This document shows, piece by piece, positions 1-13,742 of a DNA stretch of 64,000 nt (positions are counted from its first letter, which is position 1; each line of letters opens with the position of its first letter). The translations under genes and the position numbers were made by a program. Origin of the DNA: Rhizodiscina lignyota (taxonomy: Eukaryota). The stretch spans positions 496,001-560,000 of the forward strand of contig ML978125.1 in NCBI GenBank assembly GCA_010015805.1, in the 5' to 3' direction. The notes under the pieces are model-generated. The model worked only from the letters and a program-made list of their open reading frames with translations. It did no database searches and had not been told where the DNA came from.

Positions 1-607
1 ATGTGGGCGGTTAGCTGGCGGTTAGGCGGGCGGCCAATCAACGTGGCAGCTGAGAGGGAGGGATGCATGGCCATTCCCAGCGCACATTCAACTGTGCATG
101 AACTCGCAGTGAACATATTCGTGGTGGAAGACTCGAGACCGAGTGCAGCTGGAGATTCTCGTCAAGCAGATCGTTATGCATCGTTCTGGAAGATGACGCG
201 GAGAGGTGCTCGCAGTTATGCCTAGCCTTTGTAGGGAGGTGAGAGGGGACACGAGCCTGTCGTGCACGCCCATCAGCCCGTGTGACGCAGCGCCTGCCGC
301 AGACTCGGAAGATTCGTTTTCCGGCTATCTTCGATGTTTGATCTGGAGTTTTGAAATATTTGCACGGCCCTTGGAGCTGTGTTGCGATGAATAAGAGAAC
401 GATAGGATGACTGATGTTGTTTGCAAGAGGATGGCCTGCCAACCACGCGACGCTCCTCTCGCAAAAACTCCCTCCCGCCCGTGGGCAGCCGCCAACTCCA
501 AAGCTGCCCACCAATGCCTCATCTCGACATCATGCTCCCGTGACCAAAGCCATTGAAACATCATGAAACTCTAGATTGTCGCCTCATTCGATTGGAAGCT
601 CGCAAAC

Positions 608-1789
608 ATGTCGAAAGAGGCGCCTCCTGCCGTCATTGCGCCGTCCATCCTCTCCGCAGATTTCGGGGTGCTGGCAGACGAGTGCTTGAACACGATGAAG
701 CATGGCGCCGACTGGCTTCACATCGACATCATGGACGGCCACTTTGTCCCAAACATGACCTTTGGCCCTCCGGTCGTCGCCAAAATACGGGAGAGAATAG
801 ATAAGCCCCAGGATCCGATGGGAAAGGGGACTTTCGATTGCCATATGATGATATCAGAGGTATGAATTCCACTTGCTTCAATGTAATGTCACAAGTCACA
901 AATCGATACAATATGGGCTCTTGCATTCATTGTCCTTAATTGCAATTGTTGAAGCACCTCTATTTTATTGCGGCGATTTTATTCACTGTCCCGAGTCTAT
1001 TCGACCGCCTGCTGTGCCACCAAGCATCTCTTTTCCCAGTCACGTTATCTCCAGCAACGCCTCCAACATCCTTCTATACCAGCTCAAAATATCCCTGCCA
1101 CATCCCCACAGCAGCTTCCAAAAGCCATTCAGTGCATACACTAACATCCTACCAGCCGCATAAATGGGTATCCAACTTCCACAAAGCCGGCTGCGACCTG
1201 TACTGCTTCCACTACGAAGCGACAATCGCGCCCGGCAGCGACACCAACAGCAGCGGCTACGGCACCGCCTTCTACCCGACCTCGCCCTCCGAGCTGATTC
1301 GCTTCATCCATTCGTACGACATGAAGGCCGGCATCGCCATCAAGCCCAAGACGCCCGTCGACGTGCTCTGGGATATCCTGGAGCACCCGAACGTCGACGA
1401 CAGACCGGATGTGAGCCTCTCCCTCCCTCTCTTCCAACCCTACCCCAACCCTGTCGCTCCATGCGGTTACGATGTTGGTGAATTCTGGCTGGGAACTGTA
1501 CTGATAGAAATTTTAGATGGTCCTCGTGATGACCGTTGAGCCGGGCTTCGGTGGGCAATCCTTCATGCCGGAGATGATGCCCAAAGTGAAAGCGCTGCGA
1601 GAGCGTTATCCCGGGCTGCCCATCGAAGTGGACGGCGGGCTATCCGAGAAGACGATCGATGTCGCCGCCGACGCTGGCGCGAATGTCATCGTCGCTGGCA
1701 GTGCAGTGTTCGGGGCAAGCGATCCGGCGGCTGTGATCTCGCATTTGAGGGATGCGGTGGACAAGAGGAGGGCGATGCACAGTCAGTAA
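608..1789 (+). CDS. RPE1: D-ribulose-5-phosphate 3-epimerase (exons 608-859, 1156-1410, 1517-1789)
   Basis: Motifs [56 protein letters not shown] introns 860-1155 and 1411-1516 join the three ORF pieces in frame. Confidence 0.95.
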
Positions 1790-1957
1790 CTGCGCAGCGA
1801 GATTGACAGGGCAGCCTCGCCGTAAGGGAATGGAATGAGAAATGCTCTAGACGAGATATGCCTGTGCCATAAATATGGCACTGAATTCGATTTCACCCAG
1901 TTTCTACTAGACGCATCTACAAATATGATGCTCTTAAAATGCTCTTCAAAATACTTT

Positions 1958-4900
1958 TCACAACTCCTGGACCTTAGAAATACCTTCCAAATCACCTCTC
2001 AAGACCCAGCTCTCCACTCCAACCTTCCCGCCTGCCTCCGCTCGCGCCCTTGCACCCAGACTCGCCCAACCCCTGATAAGCAATCCGCCATCAATGACTC
2101 CTCGGCTCCCGAAACCCTCGCTCTCAACAGAGCGATATGCGCGTGGATTCAGCCCACATGCGCTGTCTAGCGCAGAGAAGAGGTGTGTTTGCAATGCGGA
2201 GAGACGGCGATAGGCTTGTTCGTCTAGTGGCGTGAGGAGCGCGAGGGAGCCAGACATATTTGAGATGAGCACTTGCTGTTGCTGCTGCGATTGTGGGCCA
2301 GGGTGAGCCGCATCGGTAGAGGTAGAAGTGTGGGTGGGTGAGATTTGGTGGTCGGGCAGCAATGTCATGGTAGTCGGGAAGTGGCCAGTATGGAACGTCG
2401 ATTTGTGGAGCAGGCGTTGACCGGAGAGCGATCTGGGATCTAGAATAGAAAGTGCTTTAGTAACTCTTTGGAGGGAGGTGGGATAACGGGAAGAGTGGCT
2501 TACGATCGGGGTCGAATTGCATGATGTGAATGTTGCGGTCCGCGTCGGCAATGATGATGTTCAGCTGCTTTTCGTAGGGGAGAAACTCGGCTGTCACGAC
2601 CTCCATCTTTGATCTGGTCTTGCCGAAGAGGATCATTTTGTATGGCTCTTCCTGTGGGCGTATCAGTAAAGGCACACCCTACTATAAACGGGAGAAGAAA
2701 ACAAGCTTACGGTATATCCCACAAACCACAACCCCTTCACCAAATCCCCCATGATCGCCATCCCCGTTCCCTTCAACGACTTCGCCACCGAAACATAGCA
2801 CTGCGTATCTATGAAAGCAGTCGGCAGAATCGTATCATCCTCCTTCAAACCTCTCACCATGGCCTTTTGTCCCTGTGCAGCAAGCATGAAACCCTGTGTC
2901 CCAATCTCGCACAAGGCAGTGACCGCCCCTTTCACCTCTTCTCTAACAATGAGTTTCAATTTGCGATTCGTTTCCGGACGCTCGGGTTCCGGTACCACGC
3001 TCACGACGTCAAAGATATAGAGTGCGCCTTTGGTGGGCAGGTCTTCGCCGCAAATGACCGCGGTGCCTACGGCGATGAGGGGTTTACGCTTGTGCGTCTC
3101 TTCAGAAACTTCCAGGGTGAGAGTTTTGATGGTCATGACAACTTCGGAGGGTTCCAGGGGAAAGGCGTCAATGACCGACCAGTTGCCCGGATGGAGGAGC
3201 TTGAGCATGCCCTGGTCGGTCTGCGGGAGAAAAGTCGTGTCTTCTCGACCCCACTCATGGTGGTAATCGTCTTCGGGAAGCTTGTAATTCGCTTTCATGC
3301 ATGTGCCGATTGCATAGCACTCTTGGGCATCGTGGTAAGCTAGCCCATCAACTTGCTCGCCGAAATCGATCTTGCGAGTGGGCCATCCAGAGTCGCCTAA
3401 GCGGTAAGCATCTGGGAGTCGGCATACGCGGAAGTCCCCTTCGGCGTCGACATACGCGAAGCCTCGATCGCACTGGGCGGTATGAAAGCTGCTGAGTCCT
3501 TTTACTCGGCCCCCTGCAAGAGGGACGACTTTTGGTGAGTTGCTTGCCTCCTTGAGAATGAAGGAAGGTGATGGGCCAGCTTGGAAAATTGCGCTGTAGC
3601 CGCTGATGTTGTGGAGAACTCTTAACGCGCTGTGGTGCTCTGAATGGCCGCTTGCGTCTTCATAGTATGGAGCCAAACGAGGCTGCAACACCTTGCGCCA
3701 TTGCAAGTTGGTCGTGAAGGAATCGCCTTGTGACCTTGGAGGGTGATGAAACGGTTGGTAGATCGCTAGATCATCACTTCCAGTTCTCACAACCAGATAC
3801 GGCGTCTTCGATACATGATCTCCAATGTCTGCAACCACTAATTCGGTCAGTGTTTCCCTAGCCGCTGCTCTTCGTGAGACAAAGTCCTTGGTAATCATCG
3901 ATGGCAACAGGTTCAGCCCCTCTGTTTGCCAGACGGGCTCGTCAAAATTTGAAATATCGAATATAGCCAGGCCACCCTGAGCGCTGAGTAAACAGACCAG
4001 GGGTGTATCATTTGTCTCCGGTGATTTGTAAATGCATCCAGAGAGCCATTGCTTGGATATCCACGTTCCTCTGGGAACTTCATCAATGTCTCCGTTCTTA
4101 TCGGCCTCCAATACTACGACACTTGAATCATCTCTAATTAGTAGGACGTACGGATCACAGAAACTTGCTGCTAAGACCTTGAGCTCTGCGCCTGTTGCTT
4201 CATCTTCCATTGGAAGTATCTGGGCCAGCTCCAGCTCCGAGCCAAAGCATTTGATCTCACTTCTGAGTACTTGAACGATCCTAGTGCCTCCTGCGATGGT
4301 GCCCACTTCAACGGTTGCACCAGCGTCGGATTCGAAGTCGCCGTTGTCGCATTGTGCTATACCTGTAGGGGTGATCTGATATATGACAGAGTCCTCACTA
4401 CCATCGTCCTTGGTCCGCGATGCAATGAGATATTTGCCGTACTCCGCATCTGCAGAGAGGGTCGCTTCTGAATCGTCGTTTCCACCCGCGGCAAATCCTC
4501 GAGGGGGCTGCTTTTTGGTATGGACACTCCAAACAGCCTGTGCGAATTGGAGAGACGATTGTTGTAAGACGACAGGATTAATCCCCATATTGATAACGGC
4601 AATGCCACCTGCTCTACCTCGGCCAGTTGATGCAACGATCTCATGGCCACTCGTTGTACTGCTCGAGCCCTTCTTGATCTGTAGAGTGCGGCCGATAGTG
4701 ATATCCTTCATAGGGCCGAGGTTAGGTAAACAATCATGCACTCGAAACGTGAGGGCATCCGGACCGGCCGCTGCTGAACTGGTGGCGCTAGTTGTTCTGC
4801 TAAGCGTTGCTCCCGTATCGTATAGATCATCATCACCATCATCCATTATGTCGTCCTCATCCAGGTCCAAGTCTACGTCTCCAGCCAACATTTCTGCATG

Positions 4901-6277
4901 GGATCGTTTTCGGGAAAGTTGAGGCGCCTTTCGAGTCCAGCCCAGGACTACCGAGTCCCCATCTTCACTGCCAATGAACATCCTGTTTCTCCCGAGATTG
5001 GCCGCACAGCTTGCCATCGCTTTCACAACAGTACCGCCTTTTCCCGCGCCAATTTTGTGAACGGATACACCAGATATTGAGCGACCATCCATTTTGAATG
5101 TAAGCAAGGCAAACTCGCCATTGTCGAGCACTACGAGCATATCTGTGGATTCACCAAGCTGCTGGATTGTAGATCCTTCGAGTCGCAAACGCAGGTCAGA
5201 CTGGTCCGTCATCGCGAACGCAGAACTACTCTTCGCGAATTCATTGACAGCAACGCCAGTAGTCTTTCCGGCCTGGTCGACATGAACCAATACGTTAGAA
5301 CCAACGAGGAGTGAGCCACCCACAGGTAGCGGGAGTGCGACCACTTGGTGGAGATCGTAGGGAAGGCCGGAAACGGAGAGAATGGTGGTCGAAGCTTTCT
5401 GCTCAATGTCAAGCGTGAAGACATTGTATGTCAAAGTGTCCCTTCGTTCATAGATCAAGGCATTTGAAGGTGCCCTGGAGGCTGAGAGAATACCAAATGT
5501 TGGTTCGCGGTACTCGTAGAGAAATGCAATGTGTATCGGGTGAGTGAGTGCCGGATCCATTGCCGTCAAGGGCAGCACGAAGGATGTTCCATACGGGGTT
5601 TCATGGCTCGATTCCTCTCCATTAGCCGCTTTCGCTGGAGATTCCTCCCGCGGGCCGTCGAGTTCTGGGTCATAGTCCTCGACAAGGTCATCGCCGGCCT
5701 GACGAAAGGGCAGGATCGCAAGATGCCGCACTCCGAACTTCAGAGCAGCACACCGACTGCTCGGATCGACAGCAAGATAGCTGTGACACCTTCCAATATC
5801 CGGTGCCCAAGGATTGTTCACGAGCTCTTCCCCCTCGTAGAAGTGTATTGAGATTGTTGAGATACTGTGGCTCTGCGGATCCCATTCGACCAGACTCAGT
5901 TTTGCATCCTTGAAAGCAACAAGCAATGCGTCACCACCGCTCTTAGAGTTTAATATCTTGACAGCTTGCAACCCTATAATTGTCCCTGAGAGCGCATATT
6001 CGCTAGTTAGGACAAGCTTTGTGGTACTTTCGAGTCGCTGGAGCGAATACTCCCCGTCGAGGAAGCCCCCATCGCCATTGGTGTTTGTGCGCTGCAGAGA
6101 AAGGCCAGTGTCTTCATTGGGGGTACCTTCGACTTCGGTAGTTATGGTCTTGAGCTCAAAGATTTGGAGGAGGGAGGTCTTCGCTACGACAAGATTGTTC
6201 GCTTTCGGACCAAGGAGAGGGAGGTTAATGGCATGATTGACAGCCGTCGGAGGCGTCAACTCGGTATAGCTCTGCAT
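1958..6277 (-). CDS. CFT1: Cleavage and polyadenylation factor subunit Cft1/CPSF160 (exons 6277-2711, 2651-2504, 2439-1958)
   Basis: 1204-aa ORF with an [13 protein letters not shown]...[13 protein letters not shown] start, [36 protein letters not shown] and a C-terminal GLNPRAYR...VIDG. Two GTAAGC introns restore the frame. Confidence 0.93.
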
Positions 6278-6678
6278 GTGTAGTGTCGGGGGACATCATT
6301 TAGCTCTTGGATGAGCGAGTTAAGGAAGAATTGTTGGGCCCGAGAGCTTGTTTGTAGCTACCATGCTTTCTCTTCACTAGATACGCGAGCTGTCGCGACT
6401 CATTTGGCCCAATGTGTGTTGTAGTCGCCCGGAGACGCGGCGCGATGTCGTAATAACCTCCAAAGCTGCCTTGACTTCTGCACTTGTTCATGACGCTTTC
6501 ATGCTTTCACCCCAAACTCCAACCCAAAGAGTTTGAAATGTCACGAAGCTCAGGTAATTCCATAACCTTCAATTCCAGTCCCCTTATTTCGATCTAACAA
6601 AATACAAAGACTAGAGCGAGCCATCCCCTCACGATCGCCTGATACTTCCCCGCTGCACTCGCAAAGCATACAACAACA

Positions 6679-8606
6679 ATGGCTCTCATCCAGACCAGCT
6701 TGATCTGGGTCGCGTATGCGGTCGCGATTGCAATCCTCCTCATCATCGCCGCTGTATTCGTCTACATCTACCAGACCCCTCGAGATCGGGCCGCGTCTGT
6801 CACGACAGTATGCATCTTCACTGTGAGCGCGCTGCTTGCAACGGTGCTACTCATGCCCGTCGACATCGCGCTCGTTTCCTCTACTTCGCTATCGAGTCAA
6901 GGTCGGAAGAAAGACTGGGCTACGCCTGACACCGTCGAGAACATTGTCTTTACCCTGAAGGTCGTTTACTACACGCTATACTCTCTCGACGCGGTGCTCT
7001 GCTTGCTGGTGGTGCCATTCACGTATTTTTGGTTCGAGGAATACGATGAAGTTGCGGCAGATGAGGGCACGCAGACATTTGCTGGAAGATTGTGGGGTGC
7101 TTTCAAGTACACCATTGCTTTCATTGTCTTCTGTGTCATTCTCTTCTTGGTAGGATTCTTCGTGCCCTTCGCAAAAGCGGCTAGGAAGGAACATCACTAC
7201 GATCTGGACTTTTTCAAGCGGCTACTGTCTGAGAACCGTAAGTGCTCCGGCTCTGTCCTTGATCTTGGATGAAGTCACTGACTATGAATCTTCAGACGGC
7301 GAACGTGCCCTCACTTTCGCACTTGGTCTCTTGATCACACTTGGCACACTCATCTACATACTCTATACCGCGTCCGGCCTTGCACTCCTCCCGGCAGTAC
7401 TCATCAAGTCTGCTCCCTCTATCTCGGCTCCTCACCTTGCAGAGAATACCGCCTCCCAGCTCGAACAAAACCGCGAACGCCAACGTATTCTCGAGCGGCG
7501 CAACGAAGGTCGTCAAGATGGCCTCGATTCCCGCGATAGACGCGAACTAGAAGCTCTCGTACGAGAAGAGCGAACTCTAGTGCGCAGAGAGCGTCTCGCC
7601 GCCGAAGCACAAGGTGAAGGCCGCTCGTGGGTCGTCAAGGCATTCAACAAAATCTCCGCGTTCTTCAGACCGATCAAACTGCTCGGTGGACTGCTGCTCA
7701 TGATCATTGCGTTGCTGATCTGGGTTAGCATGCTCATCACGGGTATCGACAAGGCAAAGAATTCGATCTGTAAAACTGGGTGCGGATACGTCTTGGGGCA
7801 CATCAACATCTTCCAGCCAATCAACTGGATCTTCGTGGTTTCGTCGAAAGTCTTCCCAGTTGACTATATCCTCTTCCTCTTCCTGATACTGCTTTTCTTT
7901 TGTGCGTCCGTCGTTGGCATTGCGACTGTGGGAATTCGCTTCCTCTGGATCACCCTCTTCCGCATTCGCAAAGGGCACACGAGTCCGCAGGCGCTGCTCA
8001 TGGCCACGGTCATGCTCACATTGATGGTGCTCGCAATCAACTACTCTGTCGCCATGATGGTCGCGCCGCAATATGCAACATTCGGTCCGCAAACGTACTG
8101 CGATCGCCCCGCGAAGCATCCTGGAGAACAACCAGACTGCAGCAACCATAAGAATGCGATTAAACCTTGTACGGAGTTGGCAGATAACCCTGTGGCCAAG
8201 GACGTATGCACACCGAGTGTAGTGAGCACATTCATCAACCGGGTGACGATCAACTTCCCCTTCTTCGGAGTCGTCGACTTCTGGGCGCAGTTTGTGTTCT
8301 TGGGTATGTTCTTCACTCATCTCTACCATGTCTTAAGTCTGCTAACGTGCATAAGCAATTTACCTCATCGTGTTCATCACAACACTCTTCCGCACCCCAA
8401 AGCTCGACGAGGAGCAAATGGACGCCGACCTCGAGGAAGAGGAGGAAGAGGGCTTGCTCGCAACCACCGGCAGAAGATTCAATGCGACATGGCAGGACAT
8501 CATCGGCAGGGGCAAGAAGAGGACCTATGGTACCACTGACGGTGGTCAACAGCAGAATGGGGAGCGCTCGGGATCAGGCGAGAATGAGCGTGATACACAG
8601 TGGTAA
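6679..8606 (+). CDS. LMBR1-family membrane protein, probable lysosomal/vacuolar cobalamin transporter (LMBD1-like); exons 6679-7237, 7296-8303, 8356-8606
   Basis: Many hydrophobic helices; motifs [53 protein letters not shown]. Introns 7238-7295 and 8304-8355 restore the frame. Confidence 0.85.
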
Positions 8607-8664
8607 TGTGGCAGAGCGGGTTCATGTAAGATCGGATTCAACTTTCACTTATGATATTGCACAG

Positions 8665-8917
8665 GTGGGACTGGCAGGAGTTCGTCGTTAGAGGCAAGAG
8701 GGGTGGAGAGCGGTCGGGGTCGGGCGGAAAGAAGCGTGTCTCCTTCAGCGATGGGGAGCCTTCTAGGTCGGGCGGGAAGAGGCCTGTTGCTGTCAAAGGC
8801 ATATTGAAGAAGGGGAATGATGCCGGCATCAGAGGCATCTTGAAGAAAAGGAAGGGTGCCACAACGGGTGGCGAGCCGTCGGGCTCGGGCGGGAAGAAGC
8901 ATGTTACTCAGGGGTGA
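8665..8917 (+). CDS. Candidate alternative terminal exon of the LMBR1-family gene (basic, Gly-rich repeat tail)
   Basis: GTAATG at 8603 and TTGCACAG ending at 8664 would remove the TAA stop and join in frame to WDWQEFVVRGKR... The GERSGSG-type motif occurs on both sides of the junction. Confidence 0.4.
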
Positions 8918-9301
8918 GAAGGCAGAGTGGATCCAAAGTATTTCGAACTAAGTTTTCAGTGATGTGTCTGTACAGGTTGATCAGAAAATCCCGATCGTTT
9001 GACATCCCCTTCGGCGGCCAACGGGAGCAGGTGTTCGGGAAGGCTCGAGATCGAGTCATGCCTGCAAGTCTATGAATTGGAGGCAACAAAGCACGAGCAG
9101 GCGTTTCGGGACCGAAAAATGCACAAATGGGATGATTTTAGTGGTTGTGTATATTTGCTTTACTCCCCAGCAGCTACAAGTTGATACCCCTTTTCGTAAA
9201 AAAACACAAGCCTTGGGTTTCTTCCTTCCCTGTCATCCTCAACGCCTTGTCTAAATGCAAATAATACACATCGGAAAAGGGGTGCATTCAGCTGCTTGTG
9301 T

Positions 9302-11144
9302 TTAAACCTCAAGCTTTTCCACAGCCTCCGTCATGCCATTGAAACCGTTAGTTGTAGTTTGATCTATCCTTGCCAACGTCTTTTTCACTTCGGAGACGAG
9401 GTCAGCCATATCTATCATGACGCCGTCCTTTTCGGGGTGGCCTTCTTCCAGGCCCATCTGCTTTAACTTGGCTTTGCCGGCGGCGAGTTCGTCTTCTCCT
9501 AGGATGATCGCTAGGGGTACACCGCCTTGCTCGGCGGCTTTGAATTGTTGTTGTAACTGGAGAGGGAATTAGCATGAAATCCTCTACATATCTGTGAGAA
9601 GCAATCTTATACCTTCGGCTTCACCTTCCACGAAAACTCCGCCTTGATACCAGCATCCCATAACCTCTTCGCTATCTCCATCCTCTCTCTCAGCAGCCCC
9701 GTGAAGCCCTTTCCTCCAAATGCCATCACGAAGACATCCACCTCTGTTGATCTTACGGCCGCAGCGTTCTCCTTCTCCATTCTTGCCTTGATGATGCTGA
9801 ATATCCGGTCCACGCCAAAACTTATTCCCACGCAAGGGATCTGGTTCTTCCCTGAGAACATGCCGACCAGCTCGTCGTACCTTCCACCCGCGGCCACGCT
9901 GCCCACGCCAACGGTAGGGTCGTCCGAGCGGTCGTCGTCTTCGCCGGTCTTTTTGGCTTCTTTCTTCGCGTCTCGTTGTATTCTCTGCGATTCCGATGAT
10001 TTCGATACCGCCGGTGCGGAACCCTCTGTGACGACCTCGTATATCACGCCCGTGTAGTAATCCAGACCTCTAGCTAAGCTCATATCCAGCGATATCCTAT
10101 CCAGCACACCGAAAACCTCGAGGTAATCAAAGAGCAGCGCCATATCCGCAAGACCCGCTTTCGCAGATTCGTTCGCGACTAAGGTTTCGTTGTTGGATAG
10201 TTCGGTGAGCAGGTCACGCGAGCCCTTGTGATTCACATATTCGCCAATCTTATCCGCAACAACTTCGTCAAGACCCTTCTCTTCCGTCATCTCGCGACGC
10301 ACTTCTTCCCACGGCGACTTATCCAGCTTGTCCACCGCACTGCTTATCGTCCTAAGTTTATCCTTCGGCACACCACAGACCTCGAAAATTCCGTCTAGAA
10401 TCTTCCTGTGATTCACCTTAATCGTGTATCTTCCCTTCCACCCCAGGGCCTCGAATATCTCGGTTGTAATCCTTAATATTTCGGCATCCGGAAGCATAGG
10501 ATCATATGTCCCCGCAATGTCAAAGTCACACTGGTAGAACTCCCTCATGCGGCCCTTGCTCATCGCGGGCTGATCGCGGCGGTACACCTTCGCGATGTGG
10601 TAGCGTTTGATGTTCTGGACGGAGCTGTTCATGGCGAGCCAGCGCGCGAATGGGACGGTCAGATCGTAGCGCAGGGAGCAGATTTCGCCGCCTTGATCTT
10701 TCAGGTCGTAGATGAGTTTGGAGTCTTCGCCGTATTTGCCGGCGAGGATTTCTTTGAGTTCGAAGACGGGGCTAGGGAGTTATTAGTGGGATGTGTAAGA
10801 TGAGGGTAAGAGGATGACGGACGTATCGATTGTGACGGCGCCGTGGCGCTTGAAGACTTGGGTGATGGTGGAGAATATCTTGTCGCGGATGACCATGTCT
10901 TTGCCCTCCCCTGCGTAACTGGGTTAGTTTTGGAGCCCAAGCAAAATGATTTCACACTCATACAGTCTTTCGTCCCCTTGGGAACTTTAAGCTGAAAATT
11001 CAGCTTCTCCTTCTTGTCCTTCGCCATGATGTCGGAATCGCAATACTTGTATCGTCTCTGCTGGCTGAACAGTGTTATGTGAGGTCGAATGGAAACTTTT
11101 GCAGCGGAAGCGCGCCTGACGGAGGAAAGTACGGCAGGGCGCAT
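9302..11144 (-). CDS. HTS1: Histidyl-tRNA synthetase (4 exons; cytosolic start 11027, upstream in-frame ATG 11144)
   Basis: Motifs [69 protein letters not shown]. Introns 10963-10911, 10822-10772 and ~9612-9557; stop TAA at 9304-9302. Confidence 0.95.
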
Positions 11145-11421
11145 GCAATTATCATCTGTACGAGAGTGTTGGGGAAAGGAAAAGCTGTGGGATTGAGTCA
11201 CGCTGGGCTTAGAATAATTTCGTGGAGATTTCAATTCGTCCCCGGTTGTACGGTCGGCGCGGCGGCCAAAAAGTGTAGAAAGGGCGACTGTAGCTCAATA
11301 TCGACATATACAGACCTAAAATAGGTGCCGGACCTCGAGGTAGAGATTCAATGCACCCTTTGTGTTTCTACACAACCGTACTCAATCAATCATGAGATGA
11401 ACACTCGGAAACAGAACGCAG

Positions 11422-13742
11422 ATGGCCCCCATAGTGACGTTAAATACGTCTGATTTTGCGGATCAGGTCCGGAGGGATTTACTTCAACTTCTCGAAGGAG
11501 TTCGTCATATCCTAGGCATTAAATAAACCGATACTCACATCCACGTTAGGTTCGAGGAAAGAAGAATCTTGTAATCCAGAAAGACCTCGCGGGCACCGTC
11601 AGCCTGTGCGTAAAGTTCTCGACGCTGCAAGAGTATGGAGTGGATCGCGTCTTCTTCCTCGAGAACGACAATGTCGACTTCTCGCAGCGCAATGTCGTCT
11701 TCTTGGTTAGGGGAGAGAAAGCGAAGGATGCCGGAATGGTAGCAGGTATGTGTTTGATGTCTTTGTGTATATTCTCAGACCTGTTTGATATCTCCCTTTT
11801 CCTTAATTTGCATGCAATAGGATATCGCAGTAGATCGAGTAGACTTCTTTCCACTCTATCCAATCAGTCTTTATTCTCTATATCAAACACTAGCATGACC
11901 CTATAGCTTTTACTTTTTTTCTAGCCATGGATGAAGTGCCATCAAGTACACGCTAACGCTCCTTCCCATTTGGAGAACAGGTCAAGCGCCTCCGCAGCGA
12001 ATCACCACAAGACCACGAGTTCTCCATATTCTGGGTTCCCAGGCGAACATTAATCGCAAATCAAATTCTCGAGGATGCTGGAGTCCTGGGTGAGGCAAAC
12101 GTCGCCGAGCTGGCGCTACAGTTTGTCCCACTCGGTGATGACTTGTTATCATTGGAATTGGAAGATGCGTTCAGCGACTTGTATCTTGTACGTGCATGAA
12201 TCACAGTGCCACGGTTCGGAAACTAGCCTAACTATATCACAGCGAAGAGACCCAACCCCCATTTTCGCGTCCGCCTCAGCATTGATGAAGATCCAGCAGC
12301 AAATGGGTCTCTTCCCTCGCATCACTGGGAAAGGCGATCACGCAAAGCGCCTTTCCGAATTATTGATCCGTATGCGGTCTGAACTCACAACAGCCGACAG
12401 CGTCTCCAACCGGGGTTCAAGCCTCGGTCTGAACCCGAGTACCAGCATTGAAAGTCTGGTCATCATTGACCGCGAGGTCGATCTGCCATCCGTTCTCCTC
12501 ACACAACTGACCTACGAAGGTCTGATTGATGAGTTCTTCCACATCGAGTCGAATCAAGTGGAGCTGGATACATCGATTACAGGAACTACTGGGCCTGCTG
12601 CGTCTCAGTCCTCGACGTCTCAACAAGGATTGAAAAGGAAGGTCCAGCTCGATGGTAACGACACATTATACGGCACTCTTAGAGACTCAAATTTCGCTGT
12701 CGTCGGACCTCTACTTAACAGAGTAGCTCGCCGACTCCAATCAACCTACGAGTCGCGCAACACCGCTACCAAAACTACAGCCGAACTACGTGAATTCGTC
12801 ACGAAGCTGCCCGGCTACCAAGCAGAGCAAGCAAGCCTAAAACTACATACTAATCTCGCTGAAGAGATCATCAAGCACACCCGCTCGGAAACCTTCAGCC
12901 GTGTCCTCGAAGTCCAGCAGAACATCGCCGCCGGCGCCGACCCTACCACACAGCACGACAACATCAGTGAACTGATCGCGCGAGACGTGCCACTACCGAC
13001 AGTGCTCCGTCTCTTATGTCTCGAGTCGGTCATGAACGGCGGACTGCGCGCTCGCGACCTCGAGAACTTCAAGCGAGATATCTTACATGCTTACGGTCAT
13101 CAACACCTCGTCACTCTTACCTCCCTCGAAAAGCTCGGCTTACTCACCGCGCGCGGCGGCGCCGCTGCTAACCTCGTCGGTTCCCAAGCGGGAAAGCCGG
13201 GTACTCAGACAGACTACCCCCGTGTGCGCCGAACATTGCAGCTCATCTTCGACGATGTGAACGAGTCTGAACCTGACGACATTGCGTACGCATATAGCGG
13301 ATACGCGCCGCTCAGCGTGCGGCTTGTCCAATGCGTGCTGCAGAAGTCATACCTCGCTACTCTTTCAGCTGGAAACCGCGGTGGAGGCGCACAGCAGCTA
13401 GTGGCGATGGCGTCGACAGCAGGGACACAGGGATGGCGGCCATTCGAAGACGCGCTGAAGAGCGTCAGAGGTGTGACTGTGGACGAGACGCAGACGGGAG
13501 AGGAGAAGGCGGTGCGGGCGAGACAGATATTGAGTGGAGCGAGGGAAGGCGGGCAACTAAAGACTGTGGTGATCTTTTTCTTGGGCGGTGTGTGTAGGGC
13601 AGAGATTGCGGCGGTGAGGTGGGTTGGTCGGAGACTGATTGAGGAGGGAAAGAATTTGAGGTTGGTGATATGTACGACGGCCGTAGTAACGGGAGACAGG
13701 GTCGTCGGTGCAGCGATTGAGGATAACAGCTTCTCGAGGTGA
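11422..13742 (+). CDS. VPS33: Sec1/Munc18-family vacuolar sorting protein Vps33 (4 exons)
   Basis: Spliced N-terminus LLQLLEG|VRGKKNLVI...LQEYGVDRVFFLE; later motifs FWVPRRT, IIDREVD, LLTQLTYEGLIDE, PDDIAYAYSGYAPLSVRLVQ, FFLGG. Confidence 0.92.

Noticed and set aside
1787..1825. Stop-codon readthrough giving a peroxisomal RPE1 isoform
   Set aside because: The context is TAA-CTG rather than TGA-CTA, and the extension (LRSEIDRAASP) does not end in a PTS1.
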